A stretch of DNA of 58,469 nucleotides, counting the filler, from Squatina squatina (Eukaryota), in the NCBI GenBank assembly GCA_031763465.1. It is 3 parts of 3 records of this genome, joined end to end, with 100 filler letters (N's around TTAATTAATTAA, not from the genome) between each part and the next. Parts side by side here need not be neighbours in the genome. Positions count along the whole stretch, not along the records: positions 30,349 to 58,469 come from JARFOE010000219.1; 2 more parts are not named here. One strand, 5' to 3'. Position numbers and translations under genes: made by a program. Shown in pieces: positions 32,580 through 44,826 of this stretch. How positions within the stretch are numbered: the first letter of the stretch is position 1; each line of letters begins with the position of its first letter. The notes under the pieces were generated by a model. That model saw only the letters and a list, made by a program, of their open reading frames with translations. It had not been told where the DNA came from and did not search any database.

Positions 32580-35500
32580 TATCAGACCAACTTAACAAGA
32601 CTTTGCAATANNNNNNNNNNNNNNNNNNNNNNNNNNNNNNNNNNNNNNNNNNNNNNNNNNNNNNNNNNNNNNNNNNNNNNNNNNNNNNNNNNNNNNNNNN
32701 NNNNNNNNNNTTCCAAAAATCACAAAGTGAGCGTGGTGTGATGTCTGGCCTGCAGATTACTAGTATCTTGCTGCTTAACTTTATCCCTTTAGTTTGTTCA
32801 AAGTGAGTACAAGAGAAGCACGTTTGTTGAACAGAATTGTCACTTATGCCCAGGTCAGTTTGTTCAGAATCACTTTGCAGAATTGTCCTCTCAATACAAT
32901 ACCCAGCCACATCTATTTGATGTTGTATTAGTTGATGTTCTCTCCACCAGCTACGTTTGTTCAAGCTACACGTGAAAAGAAAGCTCACTCATTGTGGAGC
33001 ATTCCTCTTGCATGGCAAAACACAAGAGAATTTAGTATAAATGACATGTTTTGAGTGGAAGATCTTGGCAGCAGCTCTTTGTGCTGCACTATCGTGATAC
33101 AACATTTGGGTACGTTTGTGTTGCAGCAATGAGCTGATTCTACTTTGATAATAAAAGACTGAATTCAATAGACACTGCGTCACTCCAGACTCTCACACAG
33201 GTGCTGCTTGATGGTCCTGTAAACATCAGTGTAGTTGACAGGAATCCAATGTACATTCAGCCTCCTTGACCTGAACATGAATCATTGTACTGAAGCAATA
33301 TTGATGCTGCGCCTACAAATCTGGACTTGTTCTAAACTCACTGCTAGAAAACCACCATATCAGCCTTTATAAATGTGCACACTTTGACATAATGTAANNN
33401 NNNNNNNNNNNNNNNNNNNNNNNNNNNNNNNNNNNNNNNNNNNNNNNNNNNNNNNNNNNNNNNNNNNNNNNNNNNNNNNNNNNNNNNNNNNNNNNNNTGT
33501 TGCTTGAGCGTCAACTGTGAAATTCTTGCTGTGCAGCACCATTTTCACACAACACAGCCCATTGTCCTCCCGACACAGCCAGGCTTCCCTGTGATGTGGG
33601 CTTGTCACTCCAACCCTCGCCCCTGTCCCTGCTCTCTCCACAGCTGGGCTGATAACGGACAGCAAACTCCAAGCATTCCAAGGACCACCTCACAATCAGC
33701 ATTCCTGGAGACAGGAGGAGCCGACTGGAGCAGATTGGCTCACAATCACAGTGTGGAGTGGGACAGGGATCCACTGGGATTCTGCTGAAATTAGTTTACA
33801 CAGCAACAGACAATACTGGGGGTGATGGGAACAGGCAGTGCAGTATCAGCGTAATGGTATCTTATATCCCTCTGTAAAGTCTCCTCTGAGACTTTGCTTT
33901 CTGACGCAAAAGAACCTGAGCTTAACCATTCATTACCTATTGTTCATCCTGCTCACATTGGGGATCAGCCAAATGCTCTCCTCTTCAACCCCTCCAGTAA
34001 CACGGCAACCCCCTCACATCATGGCCCAGAAATGTACTTACCCAACAAGAAATGAGGCATGAGCTGCAGGTTAGGCAGGTGCAGCACGATCTGGGTAGTG
34101 AGCATATGGTTTCAGAGTATTACAGAAAATATTACAGCGCTTGTTCTGTTAGAGTCCGCTATTATTATCTATTTAAGGGTGTCCTGACTGAATAAAGTTT
34201 CCTCTTAGAGAATCCATAGTAATGAAGGCTTTAAGTCTATTTTAAAAGAAAATTATGATCTCTCAGATTCTACCAACTACAGGAATTCCCTTACACAGAT
34301 ACACGGTACAGCAAAAGCACACAATGATTACAGGCAGACAGTCAGAATTAAAAGTATTTTTCAAACCAGGGAAGCTGCTTTGTGCCATGTCTGCTGTCAT
34401 TTATCGTGCTTTATGGGCTCTGAAGATTAGGAGCCTTGTAAATAAAATGCACTCAGTATCGTATTGTAATCCAAAACTATTAATGTGCAAGATTGATGGT
34501 GTATGTTTTTGTACAGCTGCCTCTGTTCTGTGCGCTAACTACTTTCCCCCTGCGAAAACCACTCCTTCTATATTACTGACTATAAGCTATTACTATTACA
34601 CTGCTTTTCTCGTACAAAAGGAACCCTTTGAATAAAGAATCAAAATGGCCTTCTGCCAGATGATAAGAAGCCCTGTTGCCAAGCTAATGATGTCATTGAT
34701 AGGCTATTATCTCTTAAAAAGCTAATGATGTCACAGACTCTTTTTAGTTTGCTTCGGGCTCTTTGACTATTACAAGTATCCAGGGTACCAGTAGATAAAG
34801 GTTTAATTTGACTGTTGCTTGTAATCATTATTCTTTGAAACTGGAAATATCACCATTAATACATATGCTCATTGGTGTAAGTGGGCTACAGACAGGCTTT
34901 GCTAAATGTGAGCAGGTTAAGTATAGTGTTGACATTCAGACTACAATGGCTCCTGTATTTGCTGTTATGAAAACAGGACTGAGCCCCTCATTCATTTACA
35001 TCTGGCGATGGTAGTGATTAAGGGCTTGGTGCCGTCAGGAAACTCTGTCATGTGAGCCAAACAAAGTTATGTTGACTAAATATTAGTGCGTGACAGCATC
35101 ACTGGTTAAATAAAATGAAAGATTTATTCATTGAGAAATCTAAGCGAAGGGCTACAGTACACAATACCACCATTATTGAAAACTGTCGGAGAGAATGGGT
35201 AAATCAGATAGCAGTGGTGAGGTGATGTCAAGCTGGTCAAACTGAGGTTTTAAAAGTCTGTAGACTGCAGGAAGACCGAGGGAGGTAGGGAATTCCTCAG
35301 TTCTGAGGTCTTAGAGGAAAATGAATTAGTTCTTGACTTCAACACAGTGCGAATGGAGAAAAGAGGAAAAGTGCCTATTTTTTAAATTTAACTTATTTTT
35401 TCATCACCCAGTCAGATTTTAATTAAGCAAGAAGTTTCTTGAAGGCTAAAGAGGTGACATCTGATTGGCTGTGGATGAAAAGAGGATATAGAATTCTACT

Positions 35501-35625
35501 TATGTGAAATGTGTGATTGAAATGANNNNNNNNNNNNNNNNNNNNNNNNNNNNNNNNNNNNNNNNNNNNNNNNNNNNNNNNNNNNNNNNNNNNNNNNNNN
35601 NNNNNNNNNNNNNNNNNNNNNNNNN

Positions 35626-35974
35626 ACGCCCTCGCCTCTAAGAGGCCTGTTGCAGAGACAAGATTTACTGTTGCTGCAATCGCCCTGCGCTGTGGCCGCC
35701 TCCCGCAGATGAATTTCACCAGCGGGACGCAAACGGAGGGGCGAGGGCGTTGCTGCTGCATGGTGTGGGTCGGCGCGCGTCTTGATGATGTCATGCGCCA
35801 ACCTGCTGTGAAATTCAGCTGGGCAGGCACAAAGGCCTTTGCGCCCCAGCTGAATTTTGGGGAAGGTGAGATGGCCGCCCCCTCACCACCCACCGACGTC
35901 ATTTTTTATTTATTGTCCCATTAGCGCCTCTTGGAGATGCTAATGGGACACTAAAAGAGGCCAATTTCAGCCCC
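35626..35974. mobile_element. GC-rich DNA transposon end (probable Harbinger/MITE family)
   Basis: CpG-rich block ending CAATTTCAGCCCC, similar to the termini at 42035-42046 and 52085-52099. Confidence 0.55.
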
Positions 35975-36521
35975 ATTATGTTATATAGATTCCCTCGTCA
36001 CTTCGGAATGTTGCCTCCTCTAAACAATTTGTAGTCAGACAAGATTTGTCTTTCTGAAATCATATAGGATGTCATTATCTAGTTCATTGTCACATAGGTA
36101 CTCTTCCATTTTGTTTCTGATGATTGATTCAATTAGTTGTCTGATTATTCATGTCAAGCTAAAGGGTCTGTAGTTGCTAAATTTTGTTTTCTTGAAACAT
36201 AAGCTTGGCATTAGCTTGTTTCCAATCAATGGGACCTCCTGCATAATCACTGACTCCCTTCTGGTGACTCTTAGCACTTTGTAGTCAGTGTACCCAGTCT
36301 CACTTAGCACACTCAGGCATATAGCATTAGTTCATGGGGATTTCCTAGTTTTGAATCATCAAGCTTGTCTAGCTATCAAAGTCATTAAGATTAGGTGTAG
36401 AGCCTCCTGCGAAGAGTGGCATGCTACTGGTATCTTCACCAGTGAATACTTACAGGTAGTAATAATTTAGTACGTGTTAAATAAATATCTTTCTGACAAA
36501 GCGTTTGGTCCTCTGTCGTAA

Positions 36522-36935
36522 GTGTGGGTTCCAGTCCCACTCCAGAGATTTGAGCACAAAAATTTAGGCTGACACTCCAGTGCAGTAGTGAGGAAGTGCT
36601 GCGCTGTCGGAGGTGCTGTCTTTCGGATGAGACATTAAACCGAGGCCTCATCTGCTCTCTCAAGTGGATGTAAAAGATCCTATGGCATTATTTTGAAGAA
36701 GAGCAGGGGAGTTATCCCTGGTGGCCTGGCCAATATTTATTCCTCAATCAACATAACGAAAATAGATTATTAGGTCATTATCACATTGCTGTTTGTGGGA
36801 CCTTGCTGTGCGCAAATTGGCTGCCGTGTTTCCTACATTACAACAGCGACTACATTTCCAAAAGTAAATTGGCTGTAAAGAGCTTTGAGATGTCCAGTTG
36901 TTGTGAAAGGCACTATATAAATGCAATTCCTTCTT
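36522..36935 (+). mobile_element. SacSINE1-like SINE
   Basis: Colinear with 28552-29010 from the B box to the tail. Confidence 0.88.
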
Positions 36936-37357
36936 CTGTTCTTTAAAACATGTTCCTTTGCTGTGGATTCTCTCCCACCCTCAGATCGTAAGGTCAAGCA
37001 ACAGCTTCTGGCGCCTAAAACCTTCATTTGGATGATTTTTTATCATAATCGTCCTACTTGCTAAATGGCAAATAATCTATTAAAACCTTCCTCCAGTTTG
37101 TTTCATTCACAAGCACGGATTGCCAATTTCTGTTGGCACTAAATCGCCCCTCCTTTGTTGTGCTGCTTTGCTATTTTGTTTTTGTTTTGTGTGGGTTAGT
37201 GAAGCTGAAACCGTAAAAAGCTATTGAACAGTAAATGCTCTTTGTTGTCGCCTGTCAGCTAAAAATAAGCATGGAGCTAACAATGTGTTTCAGCTGTGTT
37301 TATTCATCGTGCCCGCTGTCAATCACAACTGACGGGGCTCTTGTGTTATTGATGCAG

Positions 37358-37602
37358 GTTCCCTGAACCTGATCCAAGCCACACACTGGAGGAACGGGTC
37401 GTGCACTGGTACTTTGGTCAGCTGGACAAAAACGGCAGCAACAACATCCACAAGAAGGAAATGAAGCCGTTTAAGCGTTTCTTGAGGAAGAAAGCCAAGC
37501 CAAAGAAATGTGGACGGAAATTCACCGATTATTGTGACTTGAATGAGGACAAAACCATTTCACTGCATGAGCTGAAAGGATGCTTGGGAGTAAAAGAAGG
37601 AG
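37358..37602 (+). CDS. SMOC1: SPARC-related modular calcium-binding protein 1, second EF-hand (EC) domain exon
   Basis: Acceptor gatgcag| and donor G|gtacgt; 245 nt. Encodes (R)FPEPDPSHTLEERVVHWYFGQLD...EMKPFKRF...KKKAKPKKC...FTDYCDLN.DK.ISL.ELKGCLGV-type sequence. COX16 in the same block supports SMOC1 over SMOC2. Confidence 0.9.
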
Positions 37603-38580
37603 GTACGTGGCTATTATAATTAAAACGATCAATTAACCACTGCAGATTAGACAGAAACACAGCAATACCGACAGAACCATTACCATTTGTACCTTTCAGC
37701 ATTGGCAAAATATTTAACATGGGTGAGTTACATTTTAGTCAAATGGAAAAAGGCATTCTAACTAAAATGAGCTGCCATCTCTCGGGCCCATAGATTTTCT
37801 GTCTCTCTCCTCTCTATTGAAGGCACTGACTCATTTATGTGCATCAACTATCCAATCTTTCATTGAATCTGAAGACCTTTTTCAGACAATATTTACAAGT
37901 ATGTTTCAGTACTGTTGTCTCTTATGGATTCGTTAGAATATCTGAAGTCCATTCATTCCATAATCCTGTAACACTCAGTCTAAAAATGTACATAGATCAT
38001 CTAGTAACTCTTGATAAGCAAGCTACATGACGACTTTACCTGAACAGCAGCTCTCAACCTTGGTTGAAACTAGAGAAGGAAGCTGCTTTCCCTCTGCCTC
38101 AGCGCTGCCTTCTTGTGCCTTCAGCTATCCTTNNNNNNNNNNNNNNNNNNNNNNNNNNNNNNNNNNNNNNNNNNNNNNNNNNNNNNNNNNNNNNNNNNNN
38201 NNNNNNNNNNNNNNNNNNNNNNNNNNNNNNNNATCCCCCCCCCCCCACCCCCAGAGAACCACTCTGTTTTCCATTGTTTTTCTTGCCAATTTTCTCTCTT
38301 TCTCTTCTCTTGCTGGGTGCAGTTTCCATGGTTACTGATATCTTGCCCAAGTGGCCATTCTTCATGTGCGAGCCTGACAATGATTGTCAGCAAACTGTTT
38401 AACTATGGTGGCTGGCATAAGCCTTGGAAGATTTCCCATCTATCTAGCCCAAGGTCTACACTTGGTCGCACTCCNNNNNNNNNNGCACTCCTTTCCGATC
38501 ATCAATCTAAATGCTTACATCTCTCTGCCATTGGCAAGGCAACTAAACTAACCTTTGACCCTTTTGTCTTTTCTCCGCAG

Positions 38581-38634
38581 GTAGCAGTGCTGGTGGCCTC
38601 TCAAATGGAAGAAGACAAGGAGCGAACCCTTTCA
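38581..38634 (+). CDS. SMOC1: Probable SMOC1 short C-terminal exon (54 nt)
   Basis: Strong acceptor ttttgtcttttctccgcag| and donor A|gtaagg; phase 1 to 1, compatible with the previous exon. Encodes (G)SSAGGLSNGRRQGANPF. Confidence 0.6.
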
Positions 38635-40780
38635 GTAAGGCTTTGCTTCTCTCACTGCTTGCTATCACTGACTGGGATCTGACTCCCGGGGGATGGGGTG
38701 ATTGACAGGTGCAGCTGGAGAATGGTGCAGAGTAGAATCCTCAAAATTAAAGCATAAAGGTTAATTTTTTCACATTCTTAGCCCACTCCTCCTTCTCCAG
38801 AAAGATATCATTTCAGGATCATGTGGCTCCCGCTAAATCTCTCTGCACTGTTGGAGCCTGTGGGCTTTTAGACAGGCAGGATACATTTTTCCCCACTAAA
38901 GTCTGAAGAGGAAAGCATTAGCCCCAAGCTAGTTGTATACAATACTTTGCATTGAAGATGTAATGGCTTGCATTTCTCTAGCATCTGTCATGTGGAAGAA
39001 CATTTCAGATCACTTTACAAGGGGGATAAAAGGAGACAGTGAGCAAGAGGTGGGAAAGATTCGGAGAGAGGGAACCAAACTCGCGATCAAAGAGCAGTGT
39101 GTTTAGAAGCCTTGTGAAGGAAAGGAGAAAAGTAGTAAGGTGCANNNNNNNNNNNNNNNNNNNNNNNNNNNNNNNNNNNNNNNNNNNNNNNNNNNNNNNN
39201 NNNNNNNNNNNNNNNNNNNNNNNNNNNNNNNNNNNNNNNNNNNNTACATGTGAATCAAAATACAGTCGGATGGTATAGGATCGCTACTGAAAATGGTGTA
39301 TAAAACACTTTGAACTGGGGAGAGGTAATCAATGGGCGTTTAGCTTTAATTGGAAGTGTTGGTATATTTAAGGAGCTGTTGTCTAGACTGGGATATTCTC
39401 ATTTCTTTTTGTTTATAGTAGGGCGTTTGGTGTGAAGAACAAAGTGGAGCCTTGAGGGGAGGTAGTGGATAGAACCAGTGCTTGTATAAGTGGGCACGAC
39501 AAAATGGCAATAACCTGAATGCAAGAAGTGTCGCCAAAAGTTTGCACTTTTTTTTTTTTTAAATGTATTCCATTATAGATTGATTATAGAAGAAAGATGC
39601 AAGTTTCTAAACAGCTACTGATTTTTTTTTTTTAAAGTTAAACCTTAGTGGTTTGGACAGAACAAAACTTGAGGAGATATTTAATTGTACAGTTCTGATG
39701 TACAGTTGGTTGCATCACTGCGTCTGTGGCATTTAGTGCTGCCCTTGTCCTTAATCACATACAATGTATGTGTGGTTTCTATAATCAACAGGTTTTTCAT
39801 TGGCAGATTCTTTGTTGCTAATTTTAGTCACAACCTAAGGAATAAAGTATGACTAGTGAAAAAGACCACTCGAACAGAAGAGAGCCCTACTCCAATGGCT
39901 AATGGAACCAATGTCTCGTAGATGTCAAAGCTTACAAAAAATATTCAACCTTCTGGTTTTTGTTTTTCCATTACAGATAAAATGCATGTTGTTTTCCAAC
40001 ACAGTGCATAACTGATTTACTAATAAAACTCTATAGAATTAAGATCTTGTATGTTTTATTATTTATATCATTGTCTGTAGGGTACCTTATTCCAAAGTCT
40101 CAAAGCTTTATTGGACCAAAATGGCTCAATTTTGAAAGAAGGGGTGCAAAGACATGTGGCGAAATTCTGATTTGCCCCCCTTCCCCCAAATCAGACAACT
40201 AGTAGGGCTAACTCCTCGATGAACTNNNNNNNNNNNNNNNNNNNNNNNNNNNNNNNNNNNNNNNNNNNNNNNNNNNNNNNNNNNNNNNNNNNNNNNNNNN
40301 NNNNNNNNNNNNNNNNNNNNNNNNNGAAGGGTGCACTCCCCCCTCTCCTTACCCACTGAAGGGTGCCCTCCCCCTGTCCTAACCCACCGTGTGTGCTCTC
40401 TCAGGCACTTTTACACTCCTGGATGTTCCTAACATTCGGTACTACAGACTGAGAGCTTGGCCCTAATCTGAGCTCCTGTAAAGCTCACAGGAAAGCTCTA
40501 CTTCATCCAAAGCCAAGAATAGTTCCTCCAGCTATACCTTTCTCCAAACCTCCCCGTCAAGCCTCCCAGGCTGCTGTGCAGCTCTTTTCCGAGCTGCATT
40601 ATTACAACCAAGTTACCGCAATTCTCCCCTGCTAAAAGTCCCAACTTTTCTCAGCTCAACTACATGGAGCACAGTCTTAGATTGCCTACAATTGTACTCT
40701 GAATGAAATATAGGACTTGTCATTTTTGTCAGAACTGCTAGAACCTAAAGATAAGCAAAATTCTGCACATTATGCAATAG

Positions 40781-41100
40781 AAAATGATAAAATCTTGCAC
40801 CATTTTGATCAAAGGATACAGATCTAAAAAACGTACAGCAATCTGCTCAAATGCACCACTTTCAATAGGAATGATAAAAATCTTGTACAATTCTGATCAA
40901 AGACCCCAGATCTGAAACGTCGTGAGTGGACTGCTGCGTGTACATTATTAGATTAGTCTACTGTTTTACTGAATATGAAATATAGGCTTTGACATTTTTG
41001 TCAAAACTGGCAGATTCAAGACTGGGAAATAAGGCAAAAATGTACCATTTTCAGTGGAAAATGATAAACATCTTGCACAATTTTGATCAAAGGTTCAAAG
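40781..41100. repeat. Three degenerate ~45-bp repeats (AATGATAAAATCTTGCACAATTTTGATCAAAG)
   Basis: Copies at about 40781, 40870 and 41058. Confidence 0.75.
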
Positions 41101-41384
41101 ATTGTACCCTTGAGTCTCGTTTGATTTGGAGCTTGCCTTTAATTGGAAGATGCACTTTCGGCTTTTTGAGAACTGAAGGAGGCTCTGAATTTCAAACACG
41201 ATCCCGTTATAATTTACTGGAACGTGAAGTTCCACCAAAAAGTTCAACTGGGCAAGTTCTAGTTGAGATTCAGGGCTGATGTGCNNNNNNNNNNNNNNNN
41301 NNNNNNNNNNNNNNNNNNNNNNNNNNNNNNNNNNNNNNNNNNNNNNNNNNNNNNNNNNNNNNNNNNNNNNNNNNNNNNNNNNNN

Positions 41385-42046
41385 GGGTGGTGGGGAGCAC
41401 TACCACCTCCCAGGAAATTTCCTGGGAGGTTGCGGAGAGGCTGGGCAGTTAGCGCCGCGCCCCGGGCCGACGCGCAACTGACAATGACGTCATCACCATG
41501 CACGCCAACCCCTCACCACCCCGCGCTGACCCCTTTGTGCCCCATGGGGGAAATTGCCAGCGGTGCATGAAGCTGGCACACATCGGCTCCTGGGGCGCCC
41601 CTTAAAGGGGAGGCCTTTAGCACCCGGGGCCGCCATATTTATTTGTTGGCCGACTGATGGCAGCCCTTGTGTCGACCGGGCCGCCATCCTATAGCCCGCC
41701 ACATCGACTTGCGTGCCGAGCTGCTGGCCCAGTCGCACCATCCCCTGGTGGCCCAGTGGTGGCCATCAGCGGCCGGTGCAGAGTGCGCAGCGCCCCTCCC
41801 CTTTAACTCAAGGCGTTTGTAGCGCATCAGCACGACGTGGAGCTTTGCATAGCGCCTGACACAGCGCCCTAGCAGCGCTCCAACACCGCCCCCAAATGAA
41901 TCGGCGCGCCAGAGACAGCATTCCGCTTCATTTCCGGGGCGGGAAGCCAAATTCCACGTTGGGGGCGGTACTTCCGGGCCGGGCGCTAAAAGTCCCGGCC
42001 CTGCAGACTTACCGCCCCCAGACAGGGTGCAGGGCAATTTCACCCC
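41385..42046. mobile_element. CpG-rich non-autonomous DNA transposon end (probable Harbinger family)
   Basis: Abrupt GC-rich block ending GGGCAATTTCACCCC, followed by AT-rich flank. Shares subterminal motifs (tgacgtcatc, cccttaaagggg) with the other GC blocks. Confidence 0.6.
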
Positions 42047-43439
42047 ATAATATATAATATAATCAGTGCATGCTCAACAACATAACAATGCAACTTCAGG
42101 AGAAAAGATTATTTACTTTACATTGATTTACCACATGAATCAAGTCAAACCACAGGCCTATTTCCACAATGCGTGCCTTTACCTTTCTATGGCCTTCCAG
42201 CCAAACATTCCTGGACCATCCAGGAGTACATTAACGTGACACTCCCAATTCTGTGGCACTCACACCGAGATTGCGAAATCGAGGTGCCAATCACTGCGCT
42301 ATTTGTTCTGCTGTGGACTAATTTCGCTTGTGATATTTAACAGCCATTTTAAAGAGAGAGGAAAACACAAGTAGTGGCGACACAGAATGACCTTATTCCT
42401 TTCTCTGTGGGTTAGATGCAATTAAAAAGTATTTGTTTTGAAGGTATTAAATATAACTACAGCGACGCCACCACAGAAACAAACTGACTGGGTTTTATTA
42501 GGTGTATGAACTACACCATCATCACAATCCTTCTGAAGTACTTGCGTAACAATATTAAATGTGAAGAATAAATAGGTTTCATTTATTTGTCTGCATTTGC
42601 CTCCCCATCTGTTCTGCTACTGTTACTGGCGCCATTACATATCAACTCTGTTTGAAGACTCCCTGCATGCAATCTAGTTTGGCAAATTCTACTACACCTA
42701 CCTGGCAAACAAACTGTATAGTATTTGACTATTAAAAAGGGCACATCTGTTGAACATTATAAAGTACTAATTCACAACAGCAGAACCCATAACTTTTAAC
42801 AGACAGAAGGCTCTGTAAGTAATACATTTTTAATTACATAATGCATGAAATATTGCATTTTTAAGCATGTATAAATTCTGGACGAAAGAATTGATTAATA
42901 ATAATATTGATGTTTTGTTTAACAGCCGACCATCCATAGACCTGTATCGTCAACATGGAGGTTCAGGAGAAACATCAGAAGTGTCACAGCGACAGGGCAA
43001 TTTAATTATAAGCTCTCTACATTGCATGAAAGCAGTTGACAGCCACTCACCTATTGCTCAGCAGACTTATCCAGTGAGTGCCGGGGTATACAGGGCAAGA
43101 AGGTCCCTGGTTCCATCCCCGGGGTCTGTGCTAAGTTAGATGATCTCTACTGAGGTGCTAGAACAATAAGTGCTTTAATTGGTCTCTGCAGCCATGACAT
43201 TAGGATGGGGAAAATATGCCAGGATGGGCAGACCTAATTGTTATTCAGTGAGTCCTGTTGAAAATTAGGACAGGAGTGGGTTGGCTGTTATGTCCTCCCA
43301 AGTTTGACAAGCTTGTCGAAGCTAGCACCTTCCGAAACGGACATTTACATCGATGGAACATACTGCAGTTTTCAGAGGATATATTGAGTTTGTAGAATAT
43401 TTAGCAGAAGTTAGTCATACAACTGGTACTGAAGTTACT

Positions 43440-44060
43440 TAAACTTAAGTTAGACCAATTCTAGCAAGCTGTGAATCTTAATCTCGGGAGGGAGAAGCGA
43501 GGGTAACCAATAGGAGGTGCTGACTAATTTTCCAAAATTCTGTGGGAAGGAAAATTGTTGGAGAGGACCAGAAGGTGGAAAATGTGACTTAAAGCATGGA
43601 TAAGATTCCAAATCAAAGGCAAGGTATTGTCGAGTTGTTGGTAAACCACTGGAACTGATAATGTGGGATGAAATTACTGACCAGTTGGAAAATGAGGGCT
43701 CGTCAGCATTGAATTCTAAAAGAGAGAAGAGATAAATGAGAAAAGATCAAGGAAATACTGTAGGTGTGATTTCAATGGATTTTAAAAATGCATTTGATCA
43801 ACTACCATGTAGCAGACTTGTGGTGAAGATATTGGCACATGGAGTTAAGGGGAATATCGTCACATCTGAGAGATTTGTTGGAGAGCTGAAAGTAAATGCC
43901 TGGGCTATAAATATTCCATAGACTGGAAAGATGGCTGAGTGGTGCTTCACAATAAATGGCCTGTTGGACTGCTCTCACTTAGCATAGATCACCTATTGAT
44001 ATACTTGGGATTGGAGGGAATAATATTGAAATTTGATGAGACTAAATTGAGTGGGGTAGC
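43440..44060 (+). mobile_element. Highly degenerate CR1 reverse transcriptase fragment
   Basis: DQGNTVGVISMDFKNAFDQLPCSRLVVKILAHGVKG resembles the CR1 motif YLDFxKAFDKVPH. An ILKFDETKL remnant corresponds to KFADDTKL. Confidence 0.75.
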
Positions 44061-44704
44061 AGCTGGGGGAGGTAAGAGTATGATAAGTTTGGGATCGCAA
44101 GTGTCAGCCTTGGTTCTGACAAAATGTCATAGGCCTGAAACATGAACCCAACGTCCCCTCCACACAGATGCTGCCTGACCTGTTGAGTGTTTACAGCATT
44201 TTCTGTTTTGATTTCAGGAAAAGTGCTTTTTTATCACAGAAAAAGGCTGAAATAAGAACAAAGGGGAGATAGAGAGGCACAGCATGCACGTGTGGCTCAC
44301 TTGCACATTTATTTTATGAGCAAATTTCTTAATTTTCATAAATCCCCCTGCCAAAATTATTTTTTGCATTCTCAGTGATTGAAATATATGCTGCTGAAAA
44401 TATTATTTCTAACATTAATACATGCATTCTTCCCAGGAACTTAACTTAACTTACCTATAGAATTGTTTTCCTTGTCCTTTGAGTACCATCATTAGCATTT
44501 TAACTTGGAAACCTCAGCTTTTCTGAAAAGCATAGTTAGTAGGCCAGAACTTCTGGGTGCTCGTAGGGACCCCGCAAGCCCCTAAATCNNNNNNNNNNNN
44601 NNNNNNNNNNNNNNNNNNNNNNNNNNNNNNNNNNNNNNNNNNNNNNNNNNNNNNNNNNNNNNNNNNNNNNNNNNNNNNNNNNNNNNNNTTGTGCTTTTTT
44701 GCAG

Positions 44705-44826
44705 GACAAGTGGTGCAGGCTGATAGCGGAGGGGGCGCCCTCACTGGAGATGTTTGAGCACGTCAGTCTGATGACTCTGGACAGTCTATTGACATGCACC
44801 TTCAGCTACGACAGCAACTGCCAGCT
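44705..44826 (+). CDS. Cytochrome P450 family 4 (CYP4F-like) internal exon
   Basis: Acceptor gtgcttttttgcag| and donor CT|gtgagt; 122 nt, phase 0 to 2. Encodes [40 protein letters not shown]; compare CYP4F KW..L..EG...[25 protein letters not shown]. Confidence 0.85.

Noticed and set aside
41385-42046. CpG-island promoter
   Set aside because: The sharp boundary at a transposon-like terminus shared with other GC blocks points to a mobile element.
42925-43073. Possible exon after gttttgtttaacag
   Set aside because: No recognisable peptide in any frame, and the putative donor falls inside a SINE-like head.
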